The notes below the pieces were generated by a model. The model was not told the DNA's origin, ran no database searches, and saw only the letters and a list, made by a program, of their open reading frames with translations. The translations under genes and the position numbers were made by a program. DNA of 64,000 nucleotides from an uncultured delta proteobacterium. Lineage in GTDB: Bacteria > Myxococcota_A > Polyangia > Polyangiales > Polyangiaceae. This document shows positions 9,215-19,800 of this stretch, in pieces. The first letter of the stretch is position 1; each line of letters opens with the position of its first letter. The DNA is taken from NCBI GenBank assembly GCA_963841435.1, contig CAWJCS010000003.1, positions 352,001 to 416,000 on the forward strand. The letters are read 5' to 3'.

Positions 9215-10609
9215 TCAATGCGACGACGGGGGAGCGACGCTGCTCGCCGTGCGCGCGGAGGGCACGCGCGGTGCCGCGGCAGTGCCGCTCGGCGCGGCCG
9301 ATGCGCTCGCCGACGCGCTCGCCGCCGGAGCGGCCGCCTTTTCGACGAACTTCACGGCGCCGAATCGAGGTGCGGCGCCGAAGCTCTCCTTGCCGAACGT
9401 CGCGCCCCAGCCGACACCGGTGCTCTTCTGCAGGGCGTAGAGATTCATCTTCCACGTGTCGCCGGGCTTCGGCGGCTGCCGCCCCGCGTCCGCGAAGCTC
9501 CGCCAGGGGATCATCGCCTCGACGACGTAGCCGCGATCCTCATCACCGGCCTCGTCGAGCGTGCCGTTGACGACCACGGCGCTCTTCACGTTCGAGCGCC
9601 AGTCCTTCTTCTCTGGCGCCCCACCGTTGACATCGCCCCCACCCGCTGCCGGCCGGGAAACGTCACAGACGATGTTTTGAGGATTGATGGCAAGCTCGTA
9701 AACGTCCTTGCCGTCTCCTTGGGGCTCCACCGTGAGAGCGACGGTGTCCTGCGTCCAAAGGTCGGGGTCGAGCTTACCCCGCGGGAAGCCACCCTCGACG
9801 TCGGCATCCTGCACCTCATAGGCGAGGTAAAGGCCGCGATCGTCCCAGAGCATGCGCGCCTTGCCTCCGACGCTCACCGGGCCGCCAGCGTCGTCGGCAC
9901 CGGCCACTTTGACGTGCATGAACGGGCCGAGCACGGGCGCGTCCTGCCAGGCGTCCTCGCTGAGCTTACCGTCGATGGCGATCGCGGCCTTCGGCGCCAA
10001 CTTCTCGAGGACGACCGATGGCGTTTCGAGCCCCACGTCGAGGTTTGCAACGAGAGCGCGCTTCCAATCGTCCCCTTTTCCCTTGGTGACGGGCAGTCTT
10101 ACCGACGCCGTGCTGTAAACGCTCGCGACGATGCTGATGCGGCTCGAGTGCATGGCGTGCGGCAGCTGGAACCCGAGCTCGTCGACGTACACCTTGCCCG
10201 TCTTCCAGCTCGAAGGACGGAGCAATGGATGCCCACGACGCCCCTGACGGATGGGGCTCGCATCGTAAAGATCGAGGATCCGCTTTCCCGAATCGTCGAG
10301 CACGTGAGTGAGAAGCTTCCAGTTTCCCTTGAGATGCGACTTCAAGCGCCAGTAGAGCGTTAGCCGGATCCGTTTGCTCTGGGGAATGACCCCCTCGGGC
10401 TCCACGTCGTAGCCGAGGAGCTCGACCTTGTTGCCGAACTCGACGGCGAGCGGGTGACGAAATCGAGGAGCTTCGTCGAGGATGTAGTCCGCGAGCCGTC
10501 GCTCGGCCGCCGACACGTGCTGCTCGCGCGGCTCGTGTTTCGTGCCACCGCGGCGGGCGCACCCGAAGGCCGAAAGGACCAACAAAAGCATCAAGAAACG
10601 TGGCTGCAT
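9215..10609 (-). CDS. Lipoprotein with carbohydrate-binding family 9-like domain
   Basis: Lipobox AFGC; FGNKVELLGY...LTLYW domain; IDGKLSEDAWQDAP, MLWDDRGLY, YVVEAMIPW and GDTWKMNLY motifs. Confidence 0.75.
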   Translation of the reverse strand: MQPRFLMLLLVLSAFGCARRGGTKHEPREQHVSAAERRLADYILDEAPRFRHPLAVEFGNKVELLGYDVEPEGVIPQSKRIRLTLYWRLKSHLKGNWKLLTHVLDDSGKRILDLYDASPIRQGRRGHPLLRPSSWKTGKVYVDELGFQLPHAMHSSRISIVASVYSTASVRLPVTKGKGDDWKRALVANLDVGLETPSVVLEKLAPKAAIAIDGKLSEDAWQDAPVLGPFMHVKVAGADDAGGPVSVGGKARMLWDDRGLYLAYEVQDADVEGGFPRGKLDPDLWTQDTVALTVEPQGDGKDVYELAINPQNIVCDVSRPAAGGGDVNGGAPEKKDWRSNVKSAVVVNGTLDEAGDEDRGYVVEAMIPWRSFADAGRQPPKPGDTWKMNLYALQKSTGVGWGATFGKESFGAAPRFGAVKFVEKAAAPAASASASASAAPSGTAAAPRVPSARTASSVAPPSSH

Positions 10610-11161
10610 GGCTTCTCCTCGGGATCCGCCGGGCGCCCGTTGCCCGTCGGACGGGTAGCGACATTGGGTGCGGGCTCGAGCACCGGTCGGCGCCGCGGCC
10701 CTCGGTTGGGTACGCTCGGCATCCGTTTTGTCCCGAGCCGCCCGAGATCGCAAGCAAAGTATCGCAGGAAAATCCGAGCAGCGAAGGGCTCGATGGCGGC
10801 GGCGGGTTCGACCGCGTGCTCTCGGGAAAACGAAAAAGTGGCGCGAGCCCGACGCGAAAGCGAAAAGACAAGCCGGGACTCGAGCGCTTGACGTGCGAAG
10901 GACCGAGGTGTACAAATGCGGACTCGGAGGCACGGGGCCTCTATTTCTTTTTTTTCGCGGAAGAAGACGAAGGCATGAACGGCAGCAGCACGAACAACGT
11001 CGCCATCGGGCGTTGCCTGCCGCGTTTCTTCGACTCGGGGCAGGCCGCAGCGATCCAACTCCGGATCGCGCCGCCGCCGAACCCGTAGGGCTGGTTTCCC
11101 GCCGCCAGCCCCCGGGTCCCTAGACCCGAGACGGGCTGACCGAGCGAAGGAATCCAGCCAA

Positions 11162-13432
11162 ATGTCCGCCAGAAATCAGCTTTCCGACGACGAGCTCTTC
11201 GAGCGTTACGTGGGCCAGCCCGCGTCGCTGAAGGCGGCCGAGCGCCGCCTGGCCCTCGAGGGGCTCGGCGGCCCGATCCTGCGCTATGCGCTGTCGGATC
11301 TCGACGACGATCGTCGCTTTCGCCACCGCTGGCTCGTGCTCGGCGAGCATGCCGTCGGCGTGATCGAGGGCGCTGACGCCCGCTTCGTACCCCGCCATGC
11401 CATCACGGCCGTGAGCAGCGAGCCCGGGCTCTCGTCCCGGACCTTGAGGCTGCACGGTGCCGCAGAAACGGCACCGCTCGTCGAGCTCTGTTTCACGCAG
11501 CGCCAGCGGCGCGCGTTCGACGCGATCGCGTTCGTGCTCGAAGAGGCGCTCTCGGGCCGGCAGGTGGCGGCGCGCGACGCGGACGCCGCCTACCGCGACG
11601 CCGTGCTCGGTCCCGTGCGCGAAGCGCAGGCGCTCGTCGCGCCCAACAAGCTCGCGGTGGTCTTCCGTCTCCTTTCGTACCTCGGTCGCTACCGCGCGCG
11701 CGTGTTCTTCGGCATGAGCGCGGCCACGGCGATTGCGGGCCTTTCCCTGCTGCCGCCACTCATCGCGGGCCGTCTGCTCGACGAGGTGATCGGCCCCGTT
11801 CAGCGCGGGCTCGTGCTTCCCCAGAGCGTGGCGCGCCGGGCGTGGATCGGCGTGCTCGTGATGGCGGCGGTGTACGCGCTCCGCCAGCTCTGCCTGTGGG
11901 TGCGGCTGCGCCTGATGGCCGAGCTCGGAGAGCTCGTGGCTCGTGACCTTCGCGACGAGGTCTACGACCACCTGCACCAGCTCAGCGTGAGCTTCTTCTC
12001 TCGCAAGAAGACCGGAAGCCTCATCACGCGCGTGAGCTCCGATACCGACCGCCTGTGGGAGTTCCTGGCGTTCGGCGTCGTGGAGGTGTCGCTCTCGCTC
12101 GTGATGCTAGTGGGGCTCGGCGCCGTGTTGATCACGCTCGATCCGGCACTGGGTCTGCTCATCACGCTGCCGGTGCCCCTCTTGTGCTTCGCCATCTACA
12201 AGAACGGTCAGGGCATGGAGCTCTTGTTCTTGCGCGCGTGGCGCAAGTGGTCACGCCTCACGGACGTGCTTTCCGACACGATCCCGGGTGTGCGCGTGGT
12301 CAAAGCGTTCCATCGCGAGGAGCACGAAAAACGGCGTTTCGGCGAGCGCAACCACAACGTCGTGGGCGAGTTCAACCGCATTCACGCGGCGTGGACGAGC
12401 TTCTGGCCGAAGCTCACCTTCGGCATCCAGCTCACGGCCGTGCTCGTGTGGGTCGGTGCGCTGCCGCGCCTGCTCGGTGAAGAGACCCTGCTGGGTCCAC
12501 CGTTGAGCCTCGGCACGTTCGTGTCGTTCTTGCTGTTCACGGCGATGTTCGTGCAACCGATCGAGACCGTCGGCCAGGTGGCGCGCATCCTGCACCGCGC
12601 CACGACCTCCGCGCACCGGGTCTTCGAAGTGCTCGACACCAAGCCCGAGGTGACGGACCGCGCGGACCCCGTGCGGCTTTCGCCGATGCGCGGCAACGTC
12701 GAGTTTCGCGACGTGAGCTTCAGCTACGACGGCATCCGGCAGGTGATCCGGGGTCTGTCCTTCCACGTGCGGGCCGGCGAGCTCATTGGTCTCGTGGGCC
12801 CCTCCGGCGGCGGCAAGACGACGCTCGCGAACCTCTTGACCCGGTTTTACGACGTGAGCCAGGGGCAAATCCTCGTCGACGGGGTCGATCTGCGGGATCT
12901 CGACAGCGGCGACTATCGCAAGGACGTCGGCATCGTGCTGCAGGATCCGTACCTTTTCCACGGCAGCGTGCTCGAGAACATCCGCTACGGCCTTCCCGAC
13001 GCCACGCTCGAGCAGGTGATCGAAGCTGCGCGCGCCGCCAACGCCCACGACTTCGTGTGCAAGCTTCCGCTCGGCTACGACACGCTCGTGGGTGAACGGG
13101 GGCACACGTTGTCGGGCGGCGAGCGCCAGCGCGTCAGCATCGCGCGGGCAATCCTGCGCGACCCACGCCTCTTGATCCTCGACGAGGCGACGAGCGCCGT
13201 GGACACCGAGACCGAGCAGAAGATCCAACAGGCCATGGATCGCCTCGTGGCGGGTCGCACGGTGTTCGCCATCGCTCACCGGCTGTCGACACTGAGGCAC
13301 GCCTCGCGGCTCTTCGTCATCAAGGATGGACGCCTCGTCGAGCAAGGCACGCACGCCGAGCTGCTCGCGCTTTCGGACGGTGTCTATCGCAAGCTTTTCA
13401 CCTTGCAAAAGGAGCTTCACCATGCCGCTTGA
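11162..13432 (+). CDS. ABC transporter, fused permease + ATPase with N-terminal extension
   Basis: TM domain; Walker A GPSGGGKT; LSGGERQR; ILDEATS. Confidence 0.92.
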   Translation: MSARNQLSDDELFERYVGQPASLKAAERRLALEGLGGPILRYALSDLDDDRRFRHRWLVLGEHAVGVIEGADARFVPRHAITAVSSEPGLSSRTLRLHGAAETAPLVELCFTQRQRRAFDAIAFVLEEALSGRQVAARDADAAYRDAVLGPVREAQALVAPNKLAVVFRLLSYLGRYRARVFFGMSAATAIAGLSLLPPLIAGRLLDEVIGPVQRGLVLPQSVARRAWIGVLVMAAVYALRQLCLWVRLRLMAELGELVARDLRDEVYDHLHQLSVSFFSRKKTGSLITRVSSDTDRLWEFLAFGVVEVSLSLVMLVGLGAVLITLDPALGLLITLPVPLLCFAIYKNGQGMELLFLRAWRKWSRLTDVLSDTIPGVRVVKAFHREEHEKRRFGERNHNVVGEFNRIHAAWTSFWPKLTFGIQLTAVLVWVGALPRLLGEETLLGPPLSLGTFVSFLLFTAMFVQPIETVGQVARILHRATTSAHRVFEVLDTKPEVTDRADPVRLSPMRGNVEFRDVSFSYDGIRQVIRGLSFHVRAGELIGLVGPSGGGKTTLANLLTRFYDVSQGQILVDGVDLRDLDSGDYRKDVGIVLQDPYLFHGSVLENIRYGLPDATLEQVIEAARAANAHDFVCKLPLGYDTLVGERGHTLSGGERQRVSIARAILRDPRLLILDEATSAVDTETEQKIQQAMDRLVAGRTVFAIAHRLSTLRHASRLFVIKDGRLVEQGTHAELLALSDGVYRKLFTLQKELHHAA

Positions 13433-13988
13433 TGCAGCGACGAAGGGCCCTGAACGGGACCCCGCCCCCACCCCGGCGACCGCGGAGCCGACGCCGCGCG
13501 AAGAGCGCCAAGCGTCGGGTGCCCGCCGCGTCGCCTTTCGCCTCGTGCGAGGCGCCGACGGGCGACTTTCAATCGTCAACGCGCGGGGCGAAGCACCCGT
13601 CGAGCTCACGCGCTGTTTCCCGTGGAGCGCTCCGGGCCACTCGCTGAGCCTGCGCGACACCTCGGGAGAGGAGCGGGCGTTCATCCTCGACCCGGACGAG
13701 CTCGACCCGGCGTCGCGCGCGGCGCTCGACGAGACGATCGAGCACGCGGGCTTCGTCCTGGACGTCGTCGGCATCGTCGCCGTCGACGAAGACTTCGAGC
13801 TTCGCACCTGGCAGGTCGAGACCAATCGCGGCTTCCGACGCTTTCAGACACCGCTCGACGCCTGGCCGCGGAAGGTCGGCGAGCACACGCTCGTGCTGGA
13901 GGACGTCTACGGCGACCTCTATCGCATCCGCGATCCCGCCCGGCTCGACACGCGGAGCCGCGCGCTGCTCTTTGCATTCGAGGACTGA
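13422..13988 (+). CDS. DUF1854-like protein
   Basis: RCFPWSAP..LSL, WQVETNRG and LEDVYGDLYRI.D...LD..SR motifs; overlaps the ABC gene stop. Confidence 0.75.
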   Translation: MPLDAATKGPERDPAPTPATAEPTPREERQASGARRVAFRLVRGADGRLSIVNARGEAPVELTRCFPWSAPGHSLSLRDTSGEERAFILDPDELDPASRAALDETIEHAGFVLDVVGIVAVDEDFELRTWQVETNRGFRRFQTPLDAWPRKVGEHTLVLEDVYGDLYRIRDPARLDTRSRALLFAFED

Positions 13989-14341
13989 GCTTTTGCCGCA
14001 GCGGCCGTCAGGGCGCTTTCCGACGCCACTCGGTGGCGAGCTTCGACAGCAATTCGAAGCCGCCGACGCGCAAGCCGTGCTCGGGCGGATCCGGCCACGG
14101 CCTGCGAACGCTGTCCGAGGCTCGGCGGGCGGTCGCTTGGGCCGTCGGTCCAGCCGCCAGCGACGCTACCTCGCGCCACTCGCGTCGGTCGCGAGCGGAC
14201 AGTTTCGCGTCATACCCGGGGTTTATCTCAAATCGGCCGCATGATCGGCGCAGAAGGTTTGACTGCCCGGGGCTGCTCGGCGAATAGGAAAGTTCCGGTG
14301 AGGGTGCGGTGCGGCTGATGTTCCTGACAAGCGAGGCGAAA

Positions 14342-17045
14342 ATGCCGAATGGGCGAGTCCTACTCATGGTTGCCACTGCCCTATTGGCGGGGTGCTCATT
14401 GGAGGCAGAACCTGCGAATGCGCCAGCCACGGGAGGCACCGCGGGCGCCGCGGCCGACGCCGGGAATGACGCGGGCGGCGGGGCGGGCAAAGCCAGCGGC
14501 GGCAGCTCGGGAGCGTCGTCGAGCGGAGCTGGGGGCGAAACGACCGGCGGCACCGGTGGCCTCGACATGGACGCGGGTCAGGCCGGCGAGATGGGCGAAG
14601 CGGGTAGTGGCGGCGACGCCTGCGCGGACGAGCCCTGCCTGAACGGCGGAATCTGCCTGCCCAACGGCGCCACCTTCGAATGCACCTGTGAGCCTGGCTT
14701 CAGCGGGCCGACCTGCGACGCCAGTGTGTGCGGTTCGGGTGCCTGCGAGAACGGCGGAACCTGTCAACCGACCAGCACGGGCTTCGAGTGTGAATGCCAG
14801 AGCGGCTTCACGGGCGCCTCCTGCGAGGTCAACGTCGATGATTGCACGCCGAACCCTTGCGTGAACGGCACTTGCGTTGACGGCGTGGACTCGTTCGCGT
14901 GCACTTGTTTCGGTGGGTTCACCGGCACTCTTTGCGACACCGAAACGAACGAATGCGATCCGGATCCGTGCCAGAACGGCGGCACGTGCGTCAACGGCCC
15001 CTCGCGCTATTCGTGCGAATGCGCCCTCGGGTATTCCGGCCAAGACTGCGAGATCGAGGTGAAGGGATGCGTGGACGCGCCATGCCTGAACGGCGGCGAC
15101 TGCGTTGAACGGATCGACGCCGCCCAACTACACGTGCACCTGCGCGAACGGCTACGAGGGAACCAATTGTCAGACCGACAGCGACGACTGCACGCCGAAC
15201 CCGTGCAACGGCGGAAGCTGTACGGACAAGGTTGCCGGGTTCACCTGCGCCAACTGCCCGACGGGGTACGCCGGTACCACGTGCTCGACTGACATCGACG
15301 AATGCTCGTCCAGCCCCTGCCTGCACGGCAGCTCCTGCAGTAACAGTGCGGGGAGCTACAGCTGCAGCTGCCCGCCGACGTACTCCGGCAAAAACTGCGA
15401 GAACAACGTCAACGAGTGCATGACGAATCCCTGCCAGCACAGCGGCTCATGCACCAACACGGACGGCGGCTACAGCTGCGACTGCGCCGGTACTGGCTAC
15501 ACCGGCACCACCTGCCAGACCGACATCAACGAGTGCACCTCGACCCCCTGCCAGCACGGCGGCGCCTGCAACAACACCGCAGGCAGCTACACCTGCGACT
15601 GCGCCGGTACCGGCTACACAGGCACCACCTGCCAGACCGACATCAACGAGTGCACCTCCAGCCCCTGCCAGCACGGCGGCGCCTGCACCAACACCGCAGG
15701 TAGCTACACCTGCAACTGCTCCGGCACCGGCTACACAGGCACCACCTGCCAGACTGACATCAACGAGTGCACCTCGACCCCTTGCCAGCACGGCGGCGCC
15801 TGCACCAACACCGCAGGCAGCTACACCTGCAACTGCTCCGGCACCGGCTACACCGGCACCACCTGCCAAACCGACATAAACGAGTGCACCTCCAGCCCCT
15901 GCCAGCACGGCGGCGCCTGCACCAACACCACGGGTAGCTACACCTGCAACTGCTCCGGCACCGGCTACACAGGCACCACCTGCCAGACCAACGTCAACGA
16001 GTGCACCTCCAGCCCCTGCCAGAACAGCGGGACCTGTACCAACACGGCGGGCAGCTACACGTGTGCCTGTAGCTCGCGGTTCCTCGGTACCAATTGCGAG
16101 TATCAGAGGTTCCGCGGCGTCGGGGCGCTGAGCTTGGACGACACGAGCGAGCTCCGCGCAATCAGCGGCGACGGCACCACGGCCGTCGGCGGATCCTGGT
16201 TGAACTCGAGCTCTCAGGTCACGCACGCCGTTCGCGTCGTCAACAACGGGTCGATTTCTTATCTAGCCACGCCTTCGGGCCAAACCGCCTGCATCTCGAA
16301 CGCAGTCAGCCAAAACGGTGGAACGATCGTCGGAACGTGCACCGACTCGAATGACCTCCCGAGCGCGTTCCGCTACGCTTCGGGCGGTTCGGTCACGCTC
16401 ATCAGCAAGAGCCCCTATGGCTCCATGGCACAAACCACGGGCGAGGGGCTGAGCGACGACGGTAACGTCGTCGTTGGGCGGGCAAACGGAGCTCACTGCG
16501 CCAAGTGGACATCATCGGGCGGCTGGTCGCTGCTCGGTCAATTGTCGTCAAGCGACGCCAGCATCGCACTGGGTACCAGCAGCAACGGCTCGACGATTGC
16601 CGGCTACGACGCGCCCATCGTGGCCCAAGGCTTCTACTGGACCCAAAGTAACGGCATTCTCGCGATCGCCAACGTGTCCGGCGCCTCGGACTCCTCTGCC
16701 TGGGACGTGAGCCCCGACGGAACGGTCATCGTCGGGGCCGCTGGTTTCTCGGGAGAAAACCACGCCGTCAAGTGGAAGAATCTGACGCCGACCGATCTCG
16801 GCGACGGGACGGCATATGGCACCAACGCGAGCGGCAGCGTCGTCGTCGGCGCAACGAATGCGCGGATCGCGACCGTCTGGGACACGCAAGGTGCCCATTC
16901 GCTTTCCTCCCTGCTTGGCGGCACGAGCGACCTCTCGGGTTGGACGTTGACGATCGCCTGGGACGTTTCGGACGACGGGAAGGTCGTCGTCGGCCAGGGC
17001 ATCAACGGCAGCTACCGCGAAGGCTTCATCGCACACCTGCCTTGA
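14342..17045 (+). CDS. Lipoprotein with 13 EGF-like modules (several with Ca-binding consensus) and a C-terminal beta-rich (HAF-like) repeat domain; 1-nt frameshift at 15105-15106
   Basis: Lipobox LAGC; D-I-N-E-C...C.N..GSY.C.C..GY.G..C repeats; tgcgTTgaac read as tgc gtg aac joins ORFs 14309-15292 and 15105-17045. Confidence 0.85.
15405..16100 (+). repeat. 117-bp tandem repeat, six units, each one 39-aa EGF module
   Basis: Units start at 15405, 15522, 15639, 15756, 15873 and 15990; the middle four are near-identical. Confidence 0.95.
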
Positions 17046-17160
17046 GACGCGGCCCCGGCGTCAACGGGCCGCGTGCTCGGGGCTCGTGCACGCCACGGAA
17101 AATAGCAGCACGCCCGACCCTGCCCACCGGCGTCCGGATTGGCCGGTGGCCACCTGGGCC

Positions 17161-17931
17161 CTACAATTCGACGAGTCCCTCGCCGTAGCCCCCCGCATAG
17201 GTCGGAGGGAGAACCGAAGCCGGGGCGTCGCCTGCGCTACCAGCGAAGCCCGCGCCGCCCGTTCCACCGTCGCCCGCGCCGCCAAAGCCGGCGCCACCGT
17301 CGCCCGCGCCGCCAAAACCCGCGCCGCCAAAACCCGCTCCACCGTCGCCCGCTCCGCCAAAGCCGGCTCCGCCAAAACTCGCTCCACCGTCGCCGGCTCC
17401 GCCAAAGCCGGCGCCACCAAAGCCCGCGCCGCCAAAACCTGCGCCACCAAAACCCGCTCCACCGTCGCCGGCTCCGCCAAAGCCGGCGCCACCAAAGCCC
17501 GCGCCGCCAAAACCTGCGCCACCGTTGCCGGCGCCGCCCGTCGGACAGTTGATGCCGCTGCAGCCTGGACCGCAGGGGTTCATCGCGCAGGTGCCCGCTT
17601 GGCCCGAGAAGCCGCCACCGCCCTCGCCCGCGTAAAAGCCGGCGCCACCCACACCACCGCTGATTCCTCCGACGCCTGCGCCGCTGCCGCCCGTGCCCGT
17701 GCCGCCGGTCACCGAGCCGCCGACACCCGTGCCACCCGTCGAGGTCCCGCCGACCCCGTCCCCCGTGCCGCCCTTCGCCGCCGACGATCCCCCCTTGGCT
17801 CCCGCTTCCTTTTCCTCGCTACTTCTGCCGCCACAGTAGACGAAAAACTCCAGCGCGATGGCGCACCAGATCGCCCAGGCAGCGCGCGGGACGACGGCGT
17901 CCGTACGGAGCTCGCGTCGACGCCTTCTCAT
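17161..17931 (-). CDS. Gly-rich secreted/lipoprotein-like protein with GGAG(F/D) pentapeptide repeats
   Basis: ATG at 17931 after GAGG; hydrophobic segment then CGGRS; small Cys cluster; 18 consecutive pentapeptides. Confidence 0.6.
   Translation of the reverse strand: MRRRRRELRTDAVVPRAAWAIWCAIALEFFVYCGGRSSEEKEAGAKGGSSAAKGGTGDGVGGTSTGGTGVGGSVTGGTGTGGSGAGVGGISGGVGGAGFYAGEGGGGFSGQAGTCAMNPCGPGCSGINCPTGGAGNGGAGFGGAGFGGAGFGGAGDGGAGFGGAGFGGAGFGGAGFGGAGDGGASFGGAGFGGAGDGGAGFGGAGFGGAGDGGAGFGGAGDGGTGGAGFAGSAGDAPASVLPPTYAGGYGEGLVEL
17269..17538 (-). repeat. 15-bp tandem repeat x18 with an internal 75-bp duplication
   Basis: Encodes [10 protein letters not shown] units; the blocks starting at 17381 and 17456 are near-identical. 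Confidence 0.92.
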
Positions 17932-18113
17932 CCTCGCCTCCACACCACCGTCACCCGTCATACTCCCACGTTGGCGCCACCCGGTCTAGTCGCCCCGCGG
18001 AGGCGCGCCCGCGGATCGGCAGGCACGCGAGCCTCGCAAGGGTCGCTCGACAAAGCGTTGTCTCCGCGGGCGCGCCAACCGTATCGTCGGGCTCGCGCCA
18101 CGGTGCGGCGCCC

Positions 18114-19781
18114 ATGCTGTTCGCGAGCCTCGACTTTCTGCTGTTTCTCGTACCGGTCTTCGCGGGCTACTGGGCCCTCGCACGCCGGCCGCTCGGGCGC
18201 GCGCTGTGGCTGCTCGCCGCAAGCTACTTCTTTTACGCCGCCGGACCGAAGCCCGCGACGGGACCGCTGCCGCCACCGTGGACGTTCGTCGGGCTGCTCG
18301 TCGGCTCCACGTTCGTCAACTACTTGTGCGCGCTCGGCATGCCACGCGCCGGGTCAGCCGCGAAGAAGACGCTGCTCGGGCTGAGCCTGCTCTTCAACCT
18401 GGGGCTCCTCGGCACGTTCAAGTACGCAGGGTTCGCCCTCGAGGCGACCGCCGAGGCGTGCCAGGCGCTCGGCATCCCCGCGCACCTTCCGACGCTCCGC
18501 CTCGCACTGCCGATCGGGATCAGCTTCTACACCTTTCAGAGCCTGAGCTACACCATCAACGTCTACCGCGGACGTCTCGCGCCCGAGCGGAACCCCATTC
18601 GCTTCGCGCTGTTCGTCGCGCTCTTTCCGCAGCTCGTGGCGGGACCCATCGTGCGCGCGTCCGAGCTCTTGCCACAGCTCGGCCCGACGCCGAGCCTGAT
18701 GCGCGAGGACGTCGACTTCGCGATTTTCCGGATCGCCAAGGGAATCGTGAAGAAGGTGGTGTTCGCCGACTTCGTGGCGGCGTCGTTCACGGATCGCGTC
18801 TTCGCGTCGCCCACCGAGTTCAAGTCGCTCGAGAACCTGCTGGCGCTCCTGGCCTTCACGCTGCAGATCTATGCCGATTTTTCAGGGTATTCGGACATCG
18901 CCATCGGCACGGCGCGGCTGTTCGGCTTCCGGCTACCGGAGAACTTCGCGCGGCCCTACCAGGCGGTCGACGTTGCCGACTTCTGGCGACGCTGGCACAT
19001 CACGCTCTCGAGCTGGCTGCGTGACTACGTGTACTACCCGCTCGGCGGGAGCCGCCTCGGACGCACGCGCACGCTCGTGAATCTCGCGATCACGATGTTG
19101 CTCGTCGGCATCTGGCACGGCGCGGGCTGGACGTTCGTCGCCTATGCCTTTTGCCACGCGTTCGCGATGGTGTTCAACCGAGTCTGTCGAACGCGCACGC
19201 GGGGCGGGCTCGCAGGGGCGGCATCGGCAGTGGGGGTCGCGCTCTCGGGCTTCGCGGCGGCGTGGCTGCTCGCTCGCGTGGCGCTCCGGCTGCCTGCACC
19301 GCTTTCGTTCGCGCTCGCGGGCGGCGCGCTCGCGCTCTTGCTCGCGCTCTTGCCCAGCGCCGAGAAGCGGCGCTGGCTCACGCCGCTCCACGTCGTCTTG
19401 ACGCTGGGTTTCAGCGTCCTCACCCGCGTGTTCTTCCGCGCCGACGACATCGGCGCCGCGCGCGCCATGGCGGAAAAGCTAGCCTACTTCGACGGCTTCG
19501 CCGTACGCGACGGGCTCTTCGGCAACGAGCCGCTCGCGGCCTGGCTCGGCTCGACGAGCGCGCTTTCCTGGGCCAAGCCGTTCGGCGAACAATGCGTGCT
19601 CGTCGTCATCGGCCTCGGCTTCGCCCTGCACTACGTGCCCGCCGGACCGCTCGAACGCTTCGCGACGCGCCTCATCGGACGGGCGCCGGCGCCCGTCGTG
19701 GGGCTCGGCGTCGCGACCGTGCTCGGCGTGACGGCCCTCTTGCTCTCCGGACCCCGCGCCAACATCTACTTTGCCTTCTGA
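18114..19781 (+). CDS. MBOAT O-acyltransferase (AlgI/PatA-like)
   Basis: LPIGISFYTFQSLSY, FPQLVAGPIVR, QIYADFSGYSDIAIG, FWRRWHITLSSWLRDY and GIWHGA motifs. Confidence 0.93.
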   Translation: MLFASLDFLLFLVPVFAGYWALARRPLGRALWLLAASYFFYAAGPKPATGPLPPPWTFVGLLVGSTFVNYLCALGMPRAGSAAKKTLLGLSLLFNLGLLGTFKYAGFALEATAEACQALGIPAHLPTLRLALPIGISFYTFQSLSYTINVYRGRLAPERNPIRFALFVALFPQLVAGPIVRASELLPQLGPTPSLMREDVDFAIFRIAKGIVKKVVFADFVAASFTDRVFASPTEFKSLENLLALLAFTLQIYADFSGYSDIAIGTARLFGFRLPENFARPYQAVDVADFWRRWHITLSSWLRDYVYYPLGGSRLGRTRTLVNLAITMLLVGIWHGAGWTFVAYAFCHAFAMVFNRVCRTRTRGGLAGAASAVGVALSGFAAAWLLARVALRLPAPLSFALAGGALALLLALLPSAEKRRWLTPLHVVLTLGFSVLTRVFFRADDIGAARAMAEKLAYFDGFAVRDGLFGNEPLAAWLGSTSALSWAKPFGEQCVLVVIGLGFALHYVPAGPLERFATRLIGRAPAPVVGLGVATVLGVTALLLSGPRANIYFAF

Positions 19782-19800
19782 CCCCCCGGCCGACCACGCG

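Noticed and set aside
10927-11006. Short hairpin + T-run on the plus strand, or a 21-aa minus-strand ORF MATLFVLLPFMPSSSSAKKKK
   Set aside because: Only a 5-bp stem with no upstream plus-strand gene; the ORF has no clear RBS or homology, so neither reading can be supported
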